Of a DNA stretch of 64,000 bases, positions 1-7,472 are shown in pieces. Position 1 is the stretch's first letter. Each line of letters begins with the position of its first letter. The notes under the pieces were generated by a model that saw nothing but the letters and a program-made list of their open reading frames with translations, had not been told where the DNA came from and did not search any database. The stretch comes from Alistipes sp. GTDB taxonomy: Bacteria; Bacteroidota; Bacteroidia; Bacteroidales; Rikenellaceae. The DNA is taken from NCBI GenBank assembly GCA_017465605.1, contig JAFTVW010000005.1, positions 73,074 to 137,073 on the forward strand, given 5' to 3'. The position numbers and the translations under genes are program-made.

Positions 1-1325
1 ATAAGTTCCGTATTCAGGTGTCTCCATTGGATTGTACAGGTTGCGGCAACTGTGTTGACGTATGTCCAGCCAAGACAAAGGCTTTGGTTATGAAACCATT
101 GGAGTCACAGATGGGCGAGGCTGAGAATTGGAATGCAGTAACCAAGAACGTAGGTTATAAGCAGGTTGTAGATAAGACTAAGACCGTTAAGAACTCTCAG
201 TTTGCACAGCCACTCTTCGAGTTCTCGGGAGCTTGTGCAGGTTGTGGTGAGACTCCATACATTAAGACTATCACTCAGCTCTTTGGTGATAAGATGATGG
301 TTGCTAATGCTACTGGTTGTACCTCTATCTACTCTGGTTCAGCACCTTCTACTCCATATTGCACAAACGATAAGGGTCAGGGCCCAGCTTGGGCAAACTC
401 ACTCTTCGAGGATAACGCAGAGTTTGGTTTGGGTATGCACACTGGCGTTGAGAAGTTGCGTGACCGCGTTCAGTCTTATATGGAGAAGGCTATCGCCGAG
501 TGCGAGAAGTGCTCTGATGAGTTGAAGGGCGTAATGAAGGAGTGGATTGAGAATCGTGGCTCATCTGCTAAGTCTGCTGAGGTTTCAGAGCGTTTGATTC
601 CTATGTTGGAGGCTTGCGGTTGTGATTACTGCCAGAAGATTCTCGAAATGAAGGATTGGCTCGTTAAGAAGTCACAGTGGATTATCGGTGGTGACGGTTG
701 GGGCTATGATATCGGCTTCGGTGGTGTTGACCATGTGTTGGCTTCTGGTATGGACGTTAACATCTTGGTAGTTGATACTGAGGTTTACTCTAATACAGGT
801 GGTCAGTCGTCAAAGGCAACCCCCGTAGGTGCTGTGGCTAAGTTTGCATCAAGCGGTAAGCGTATCCGTAAGAAGGATTTGGGTGCAATTGCAATGACAT
901 ATGGTTATGTATATGTAGCACAGGTATCAATTGGTGCATCTCAGAACCAGCTCTTCAATGTATTGAAGGAGGCTGAGGCATATCCCGGCCCATCTCTCGT
1001 GATTGCTTACGCTCCTTGTATCAACCACGGTATCAAGGGTGGTATGACTCGCACTCAGACTGTCGGTAAGCAGGCTGTTGAGTGTGGTTACTGGCACTTG
1101 TGGCACTATAATCCTCAGTTGGAGGAGCAGGGTAAGAATCCATTCGTAATGGATTCTAAGGAGCCCGACTGGTCGAAGTTCCGCGACTTCTTGATGAAGG
1201 AGGTTCGTTATACTTCATTGCAAAAGGCATTCCCTGCCGAGGCAGAGGAGTTGTTCCAGGCTGCTGAGGAGAACGCTAAGTGGCGTTACAATAGCTATCA
1301 GCGTATGGCTAAGTTGGAGTACTAA
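1..1325 (+). CDS. nifJ: Pyruvate:ferredoxin (flavodoxin) oxidoreductase, C-terminal part (5' end lies outside the window)
   Basis: The frame stays open back to base 3 (KFRIQVSPLDCTGCGNC). It has the 4Fe-4S CxxCxxCxxxCP motif, the TPP-binding region GGDGWGYDIGFGG, and the typical PFOR C-terminus. Confidence 0.93.
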   Translation, partial: KFRIQVSPLDCTGCGNCVDVCPAKTKALVMKPLESQMGEAENWNAVTKNVGYKQVVDKTKTVKNSQFAQPLFEFSGACAGCGETPYIKTITQLFGDKMMVANATGCTSIYSGSAPSTPYCTNDKGQGPAWANSLFEDNAEFGLGMHTGVEKLRDRVQSYMEKAIAECEKCSDELKGVMKEWIENRGSSAKSAEVSERLIPMLEACGCDYCQKILEMKDWLVKKSQWIIGGDGWGYDIGFGGVDHVLASGMDVNILVVDTEVYSNTGGQSSKATPVGAVAKFASSGKRIRKKDLGAIAMTYGYVYVAQVSIGASQNQLFNVLKEAEAYPGPSLVIAYAPCINHGIKGGMTRTQTVGKQAVECGYWHLWHYNPQLEEQGKNPFVMDSKEPDWSKFRDFLMKEVRYTSLQKAFPAEAEELFQAAEENAKWRYNSYQRMAKLEY

Positions 1326-1344
1326 TATTACTCTATATAGTGGC

Positions 1345-1377
1345 AATCCCCAAGTCGAAAGGCTTGGGGATTTTTTT
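1345..1377 (+). terminator. Rho-independent terminator after nifJ
   Basis: Hairpin aatccccaag/cttggggatt with an 8-nt loop, followed by a T7 run. Confidence 0.8.
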
Positions 1378-1527
1378 ATACCTTTATTATATAAATGTAG
1401 CCAAGCAAGTAGCGAACACATTCCCTCTACGCATTGTGGAATGCCGCATCGTCTTAGAAACTTATGTAAATGGATAATAAAATGGATAAAAAAGTGAAAA
1501 TTTCAAATTCATTTCAGAATCTCGTAC

Positions 1528-1535
1528 TACATTTG
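1528..1535 (+). promoter_or_regulatory. Bacteroidetes -7 box (TAnnTTTG) upstream of the small OMP gene
   Basis: tacatttg lies about 50 nt upstream of the ATG at 1586. Confidence 0.4.
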
Positions 1536-1585
1536 ATTCCGTAAATAAAGATAATATTGTAGAATACAACTTAAACTTTTACATT

Positions 1586-2041
1586 ATGAAGAAGATTCTA
1601 TTGTTGGCTATTGCAGCCATATTTGCGGTTTCAGCATCGGCTCAGGAGGCAGGTGGTTGGGCATTAGGTCCTCGCTTGGGTATTTATACTAATACTGGTG
1701 ATACAGTATTGGGTATTGGAGGTATGGCCCGCTATCGTTTTGCCAGCAATTGGCGCGTTGAGCCATCGATTACGGCTCTGTTACACGAGCACTGTTCGCT
1801 GGATATTAGCTGCGATGCGCACTATGTTTTCGATATGGGCGTTGTTCGCCTTTATCCCGCTGTTGGTCTTACAGCTAACGATATTGGTAAGTGGGCTGCT
1901 GGTGTGAATGTTGGCGGTGGCGTTGATTTCAATGTTGCAAATATATTTGAAATGACAGCTGGTTTGAAGTGGTCACCTATGTTTGATGATGTGCGTAAGA
2001 ATCCGGTGACTATATCAATCGGTGCAATGTTCAAGTTCTAA
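1586..2041 (+). CDS. Small outer-membrane beta-barrel (porin-family/OmpA-beta-barrel-like) protein
   Basis: Signal peptide MKKILLLAIAAIFAVSASAQ, alternating amphipathic strands, and a C-terminal aromatic residue (...GAMFKF). Confidence 0.7.
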   Translation: MKKILLLAIAAIFAVSASAQEAGGWALGPRLGIYTNTGDTVLGIGGMARYRFASNWRVEPSITALLHEHCSLDISCDAHYVFDMGVVRLYPAVGLTANDIGKWAAGVNVGGGVDFNVANIFEMTAGLKWSPMFDDVRKNPVTISIGAMFKF

Positions 2042-2047
2042 TAAAAA

Positions 2048-2448
2048 GTGTATAGCAAGGCTCTTTTGGCATCTGCCTTGTCTGCAAAATCCTCACATAC
2101 GCGTAGTATGCTGCGGATTTGCAGCCATCGAGCAGCTTCAAAATAGCTCTTGCTATACGCTTTTTTTGTGTGGATATACAAACTCTTTTGGCAACTGCTT
2201 GTCTGCAAAATCCTCACATACGTATAGTATGCTGCGGATTTGCAGTCTTCGAGCAGCTTCAAAATAGCTCTTGCTATACGCTTTTTTTTGTGTGGATATA
2301 CAAACTCTTTTGGCAACTGCTTGTCTGCAAATTACTCACATACGCGTAGTATGCTGCGGATTTGCAGCCATCGAGCAGCTTCAAAATAGCTCTTGCTATA
2401 CGCTTTTTTGTGAGTAAGTCAAACTCTTTTGGTGTTTTGCATCGGATT
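2048..2448. repeat. Tandem array (about 3.3 copies, period 121-122 bp) of a hairpin-rich intergenic repeat unit
   Basis: The core tctgcaaaa(t)cctcacatac..tagtatgctgcggatttgcag starts at 2081, 2202 and 2324. Each unit ends in agctcttgctatacgc plus a T-run. Confidence 0.9.
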
Positions 2449-2481
2449 AAAAAACCTGAGACAATTATCTCAGGTTTTTTT
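2449..2481. terminator. Bidirectional rho-independent terminator between the OMP/repeat region (+) and rlmI (-)
   Basis: Stem cctgaga/tctcagg flanked by an A6 run and a T7 run. Confidence 0.75.
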
Positions 2482-2525
2482 GTAATTCAAAATTCAAAAA
2501 AAATGTGGTAATTATTCCTTTTTAA

Positions 2526-3725
2526 TTACTCAACGTACAAAACAAGTCCCTTCAAATATTCGCCTTCGGGGTGGTAGATATTAATAGGGTGGTCGGCAGG
2601 TTGAGTGAGTTGATGCAGTATTCGTACTTTGCGGCCGGCTATTGCTGCGGCTGAAAATACGGTGGTGCGGAACAACTCTTTCGATACGGCTTGTGAACAA
2701 GAGAATGTGAAAAGTATTCCTCCACTCTTGATTTGCGAAATGGCGCGTGCATTGATGCGCTTATATCCCTGCATTGCGTTTCCAAGCACTTTGTGGTGTT
2801 TGGCAAATGCGGGTGGGTCGAGGATAATCAAATCATACTTATCGCCAATCTGTTTCAAATACTCAACTGCGTCGGCTGCAATTGCCGAATGTTTAACCTT
2901 GTCACCAAAGTTGAGTTTCATATTCTCGTCAGCCAGCTTTACAGCTCGCTCCGAGGCATCAATCGAACACACCTCCAAAGCTCCTCCCGATGCTGCATAG
3001 ACCGAGAATCCTCCCGTATAGCAGAATGTGTTGAGTACGGTACGTCCCTTTGCATAGCGACGTACAAGCTCACGATTACGACGTTGGTCGAGGAAGAAAC
3101 CTGTCTTTTGGCCCTCCTCCCAATTTACTATAAACTTTTCGCCATTCTCTAATACTGTGTGATTCTTATGCTCGGAGTGTCCCCAGATATACCCATCAAT
3201 AGCATTCAGCCCCGCCTTGAATGGTACGGTTTGCGAACTCTTGTCATAGATGGCCGTAATCTTCTCACCCATAACATTATGTATCGCCTCGGCAATGGCC
3301 ATACGCGATAGATACATACCCACCGAGTGACACTGAACAACAGCCGTATGGTCGTAAATATCTACAACCAATCCCGGCAAAGAGTCCCCCTCTCCGTGAA
3401 TAAGGCGATAGCAGTTGGTGTCGTTGTTGTCGGTAAGGTCGAGTGTACGGCGTACATCGTAGGCTACTGCAATACGATTGTTCCACCACTCTTGATTAAT
3501 CTCCTCCTGCTCGAATGTCAGCACGCGTACTGCAATAGAGCCAATCTGGTAGTGTCCACGAGCAATGAAATCTCCTGATTTGGTGAATACATCTACAATC
3601 TCGCCCTCTCTAATATTCTCCTCGTTACACTTTACGCGCTCGATTGCTCCTGAAAAAATCCAGGGGTGACGGCGTAGTAGCGACTCCTCTTTGCCTCGGC
3701 GAAGGTAAATCTGTGTAGTAATCAT
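2526..3725 (-). CDS. rlmI: Class I SAM-dependent 23S rRNA m5C methyltransferase (RlmI/YccW-like, PUA domain plus methyltransferase domain)
   Basis: LRRGKEESLLRRHPWIFSGAIE N-terminus, FCYTGGFS SAM motif, and LDPPAF motif. The start was moved to ATG 3725 (MITTQIYL), 2 nt downstream of the upstream gene's stop. Confidence 0.85.
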   Translation of the reverse strand: MITTQIYLRRGKEESLLRRHPWIFSGAIERVKCNEENIREGEIVDVFTKSGDFIARGHYQIGSIAVRVLTFEQEEINQEWWNNRIAVAYDVRRTLDLTDNNDTNCYRLIHGEGDSLPGLVVDIYDHTAVVQCHSVGMYLSRMAIAEAIHNVMGEKITAIYDKSSQTVPFKAGLNAIDGYIWGHSEHKNHTVLENGEKFIVNWEEGQKTGFFLDQRRNRELVRRYAKGRTVLNTFCYTGGFSVYAASGGALEVCSIDASERAVKLADENMKLNFGDKVKHSAIAADAVEYLKQIGDKYDLIILDPPAFAKHHKVLGNAMQGYKRINARAISQIKSGGILFTFSCSQAVSKELFRTTVFSAAAIAGRKVRILHQLTQPADHPINIYHPEGEYLKGLVLYVE

Positions 3726-3729
3726 CTTA

Positions 3730-4533
3730 TTATATCTGTTTTTCGTTATTATCGTGGTTCTTACGGTGAGGCCTGCCACCAAATCGTTTGCGATAGGGTA
3801 AACTACGGTGCTTTGTGGCAAAATTAGCTTTGCCTTCGCGCTTTGGCCTACTCTCTGATGTTCGCTCTGGATTGCGGGGCGTACGGTTATTTGTAGTTGG
3901 CTTTTTGTCCTCGATAGTTGGCTCGCTACTTGCCTGTTCTGGCTTGGCGTTTACACGAGGCGATGCCATCAACTTTTCGTATATCTTTATACACACCCAA
4001 GCATCAGTGGCTGCATACATCTGTTGTTGTGGGGTCAATGTTGCAGCCTCCCAATTACTCAATCGTTGAGCCTTTGAAACCCTCTCTTGCAGCACTATGG
4101 CCGATATTTTACGCAGGCTCTTGTCCTCAATTCCCCATTCAGGCGCAATATGCTGCAAATCTATAAATCCACGCTCTGTGAAGTGACGCAGAACGTGCAA
4201 AGCTCTGATATCACCCGCAACATCTGCCCCGATTTTGAGTATGTTGGGATTGCTTAGAATGCGGAGAATATCCTTGTGCAGTCTCATTCGACACAGTCTA
4301 ATCAGATAACATCTCTTTGATGTCGAGAGTTGCAAAAGTGCCACCTTGTTTGTAACTCCTGCCTTGAATGAAGGGCGGGTCTCTGTGTCAAATCCGATAA
4401 TCTTCTCAGATGTAAGGTCGCGGCATACCGAGGCAATCTGCTCCTCACGCTCAACGACAATAATATTGCCGTCGAAATGGGCTGAGGGTAGCTCTGCCGT
4501 CTGTTCATTGGTTATGGTCGAAAGGTATGCCAT
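3730..4533 (-). CDS. 3'-5' exonuclease (DEDDy, RNase D/WRN-exo-like) with a basic low-complexity C-terminal tail
   Basis: ExoI motif GFDTETRP, and ExoIII motif YAATDAWVCIKIYEKL. Confidence 0.8.
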   Translation of the reverse strand: MAYLSTITNEQTAELPSAHFDGNIIVVEREEQIASVCRDLTSEKIIGFDTETRPSFKAGVTNKVALLQLSTSKRCYLIRLCRMRLHKDILRILSNPNILKIGADVAGDIRALHVLRHFTERGFIDLQHIAPEWGIEDKSLRKISAIVLQERVSKAQRLSNWEAATLTPQQQMYAATDAWVCIKIYEKLMASPRVNAKPEQASSEPTIEDKKPTTNNRTPRNPERTSESRPKREGKANFATKHRSLPYRKRFGGRPHRKNHDNNEKQI

Positions 4534-4573
4534 TGTATAAATTATCTGCCGAAATTATAATTGGGCCGTAAAG

Positions 4574-6547
4574 TTACTCATTAATTACCAGTTTCCCCTC
4601 GTTGGAGAGAGAAATTTTGCCTTGTGCCTTCAACTCGTCGATAATTTTCGCAACCAAATGTGGCTCGCAACTCACTTCGCGCATCACCTCGCGTGCTGAT
4701 ATATTGCGGCTTTTGATGAGCGATAGTATGTTGTTCGAGATGCTACTGTTTGTCGTAGTTACGTTATCAGCGGAGTTGTTGCTGGTAGATTTGCTCTTAT
4801 TCTCCTCTTTTAGGCGACGTCGCTCGGCTAAACATATATCGCATATTCCGCAGGGTTGTGCTTGGGTATCTCCAAAGTGACGTTGCAACAATACGCTACG
4901 GCACTCGGTTTCGTTCTCTGCATACTCTATCATACTATTGAATCGCTCCGATATCAGTCGTTTGCGATGTAGGTAGGTGTCGGGCGAAATATATATATCT
5001 TTTGTCGGAAGACGCTCCTCGTCGAAGAAAATCATTGGCGAAGTATTGGCTGGAATATATCGTATGATTCGCATCTGCCACATTCGTTTCAATAACTCCT
5101 TTACCTTCTCAACCGTATAACCCGTGAGCGCAGAAATTTCACGTTCATCGATAGCCTTGAATTCGGTGAAAATGCCGTTGTATCGGCGTAGCAACGTGCG
5201 TATTATGTGGTCGAGATCTTGCCTGTCGATACGAATCTTATAAAGGTCATCTCGCGATACGGTAAAGAGTATCTTTGCGGGATTATCCATCTCTTCGATA
5301 AGCGTCATATAGCCATTTTGCGACAATAATTTCAATGCTGAGCGTACTTTGCCCATATAGATATGTTCACGCTGGCAAAACTCTTGCATATTGAATACGA
5401 GTGAGTTGTATAGCCCGTCGCCGATAGCAACTTGCAGATAGCTGCAAATCTTCTCGTATATCGACTTCACCTCATCTAATGGTGGAAATTCCGACTCAAA
5501 TCGTTTCGATATTCTTTGGTCGTCATTCGATGCTACAAGTAACAGGGCATAGCTTCGCTTGCCATCACGTCCTGCACGTCCTGCCTCTTGATAGTAATTT
5601 TCCAACGAATCACACATCGCGTAATGCACTACAAAGCGTACATCTGCTTTGTCGATTCCCATTCCAAAGGCGTTGGTTGCCACCATAATACGAACTTTGC
5701 TCGAAGCCCATTCATCTTGTCTTATGCTGCGCTCGGCGTGGGGCAGTCCTGCGTGATAATACGAAGCTTTTATTCCGTTTTGTAGCAGTTTTTCAGTTAA
5801 TTGCTCGCACCCTTCTCTTGAACGTACATATACAATTCCACACCCCTCTACGTTGCGTATAACACGCAGCAGTTGTTCATCTTTGTCGTCGGTGTGCCTT
5901 ACCGAATAGGAGAGATTTGGTCTTGAAAAGCTACTCCGCAAAATGTTGGGTTGCTTAAACCCCAAGTGCTTCATAATATCGTTGCTGACCAACTGCGTAG
6001 CCGAAGCCGTAAGTGCTAAAATCGGCACATCGGGTAGCAATCGTCTAAGCTCTGCGATGCGAAGATAGGGTGGGCGAAAATCATAACCCCATTGCGAGAT
6101 GCAGTGGGCCTCATCAACTGCCAAGAGGGTAACTTTCATTCGTTGCACCCTCAATCGAAAAGCCTCGGTTGCAAGACGCTCGGGCGCAACATAGAGGAAC
6201 TTCATATCGCCATATACACAATTGTCAAGAGCGATGTCTATCTGTGTATAGGACATTCCCGAGTGTATAGCCGTTGCCGAAACACCCATTTGACGCAGGC
6301 GGTCAACTTGGTCTTTCATAAGGGCAATAAGGGGGGTGATTACGATACACAATCCATCTCGTGCAAGTGTTGGAACTTGGTAAGTGAGCGATTTGCCACC
6401 TCCGGTCGGCATTAGAGCCAAAGTGTCACGGCCTGCCATCACCGAGTGGATAATAGCATCTTGTCCGGGGCGAAATGCGTTATAACCCCAGTACTTAGCG
6501 AGTGTTTCGTGTAGCCTTTGTTCTATATCTTGACCGTACTCCTTCAT
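4574..6547 (-). CDS. recQ: RecQ-family ATP-dependent DNA helicase
   Basis: FRPGQ, MPTGGGKS (Walker A), DEAH, and a C-terminal Cys cluster CGICDIC. The start was set at ATG 6547 (MKEYGQDIEQ); the 79-codon upstream extension in the ORF track lies in promoter DNA. Confidence 0.93.
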   Translation of the reverse strand: MKEYGQDIEQRLHETLAKYWGYNAFRPGQDAIIHSVMAGRDTLALMPTGGGKSLTYQVPTLARDGLCIVITPLIALMKDQVDRLRQMGVSATAIHSGMSYTQIDIALDNCVYGDMKFLYVAPERLATEAFRLRVQRMKVTLLAVDEAHCISQWGYDFRPPYLRIAELRRLLPDVPILALTASATQLVSNDIMKHLGFKQPNILRSSFSRPNLSYSVRHTDDKDEQLLRVIRNVEGCGIVYVRSREGCEQLTEKLLQNGIKASYYHAGLPHAERSIRQDEWASSKVRIMVATNAFGMGIDKADVRFVVHYAMCDSLENYYQEAGRAGRDGKRSYALLLVASNDDQRISKRFESEFPPLDEVKSIYEKICSYLQVAIGDGLYNSLVFNMQEFCQREHIYMGKVRSALKLLSQNGYMTLIEEMDNPAKILFTVSRDDLYKIRIDRQDLDHIIRTLLRRYNGIFTEFKAIDEREISALTGYTVEKVKELLKRMWQMRIIRYIPANTSPMIFFDEERLPTKDIYISPDTYLHRKRLISERFNSMIEYAENETECRSVLLQRHFGDTQAQPCGICDICLAERRRLKEENKSKSTSNNSADNVTTTNSSISNNILSLIKSRNISAREVMREVSCEPHLVAKIIDELKAQGKISLSNEGKLVINE

Positions 6548-6592
6548 ATCTGCAAAAATACAAAAAAAGAGCGGGATTTGATATTTTTTCAC

Positions 6593-6600
6593 TATATTTG
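6593..6600 (+). promoter_or_regulatory. -7 box (TAnnTTTG) for the PqqD-like / Cys-His-rich / TonB receptor / HMA operon
   Basis: tatatttg lies 26 nt upstream of the ATG at 6627. Confidence 0.45.
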
Positions 6601-6626
6601 TGGCTGAAATATAGTGTTGAAACGTG

Positions 6627-6893
6627 ATGAGAATCAAGCAAGGATATAATGTTCGCGAAATTGTTGGCGAGAATGTAGTAATTATGTCGGGCCGCGAGGG
6701 TGCCGATATGACACGCATTATCACGCTGAACGATAGCGCATTATTGCTTTGGAATAGCCTTTGTGCAAAGGAGTTTACAATCAACGATGTAGCACGCGTA
6801 TTGCTTGATAATTATGATGTTGAGCCTTCTCAGGCTTTGACCGATGCCCAAAAGTGGGTGGCAAAAATGCAGGAGGCCGAACTTTTAGAGTAG
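6627..6893 (+). CDS. PqqD-family protein (RiPP-recognition-element-like peptide chaperone fold)
   Basis: About 88 aa. LNDSALLLWNSL..FTINDVARVLLDNYDV...AQKWVAKMQEAELL matches the PqqD family pattern. GTG 6624 is an alternative start. Confidence 0.7.
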   Translation: MRIKQGYNVREIVGENVVIMSGREGADMTRIITLNDSALLLWNSLCAKEFTINDVARVLLDNYDVEPSQALTDAQKWVAKMQEAELLE

Positions 6894-6895
6894 AT

Positions 6896-7405
6896 ATGAC
6901 CGATAGAATTTTCAAAATAGTGGCTGCGAGTATTACATTGCTCCTCTATCTTTCAACGATGGTGGCGAGCGATGTGGTGGCTTTGACGTGTCACTGTATG
7001 GTCTATCATAATGGCGAGAATCAGATTGCTCACACTCATTCCCTTCACCACTCTGCGTGTTGTTCTAATCACTCTTCACGCCATCATTTAGAGTGTGATG
7101 ATTACGACTGTTGTGATTCCAAATCCGAGCATAACGCCATCTCAATCTCATTGCAAAGTGATGATTGCAATTGCGGTCACGACCACTCCAATAACATTGA
7201 ACTTTATACCCAACCCCGAAGTGCCGATGACGAAACAGAGTTGCGTTATGTGGCTGCGGCAGTTGTTATAAACAATATCGGCTCTTGTTTGGAAAAGAGC
7301 CACGACTCAAAAAACTCAGATGCCTACGGAGTCTATCTCTTGCCTCCGTTGTCGGCTGCTTATTCAAGCAGTTCGTCGTTGCGTGCCCCTCCATCATTAG
7401 TATAA
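6896..7405 (+). CDS. Cys/His-rich membrane-anchored protein. It possibly relates to the small Bacteroidota HYC_CC_PP/DUF6660-type proteins found next to TonB receptors (recalled from memory, not verified).
   Basis: The ATG lies 2 nt after the PqqD-like stop. An N-terminal TM helix (IVAASITLLLYLSTMVA) is followed by CHC, HHSACC, HHLEC, DCC, DCNCGHDH clusters and a later LLPP motif. Confidence 0.6.
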   Translation: MTDRIFKIVAASITLLLYLSTMVASDVVALTCHCMVYHNGENQIAHTHSLHHSACCSNHSSRHHLECDDYDCCDSKSEHNAISISLQSDDCNCGHDHSNNIELYTQPRSADDETELRYVAAAVVINNIGSCLEKSHDSKNSDAYGVYLLPPLSAAYSSSSSLRAPPSLV

Positions 7406-7472
7406 TTGTTAGCCAAAAGGGAGAATAGATATATCTCCTTCGTTGTCAATTATATTAATATATGGATAGAGT

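Noticed and set aside
2022-2349. Three overlapping ORFs (81, 92 and 76 aa) across the tandem repeat array
   Set aside because: They are generated by the 121-bp repeat itself, so the same peptide segments recur. They overlap one another on both strands, have no start context, and lie in terminator-like hairpins. They are treated as non-coding.
2048-2448. Possible CRISPR array
   Set aside because: The units abut head to tail with a 121-122 bp period and there are no unique spacers between short repeats. No cas genes are present in the window.
4574-6784. Long N-terminal extensions in the ORF track (recQ +79 codons; also rlmI, the ECF sigma, the 12120 ORF, plsC, the 35032 ORF, the 36867 ORF, mmdB, the 49369 ORF, the 50164 ORF, argS and the 63026 ORF)
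   Set aside because: The family-typical N-terminus or signal peptide begins at an internal ATG in every case. The extensions cover promoter boxes, terminators or neighbouring genes. Coordinates were trimmed accordingly.
6627-7405. Complete RiPP biosynthetic gene cluster (PqqD plus precursor)
   Set aside because: No radical-SAM/SPASM, YcaO, DUF692, lanthipeptide synthetase, protease or exporter gene lies within or beside the operon. The 169-aa Cys/His-rich protein has a membrane anchor rather than a leader/core layout. It is kept only as a hypothesis inside the metal-uptake finding.
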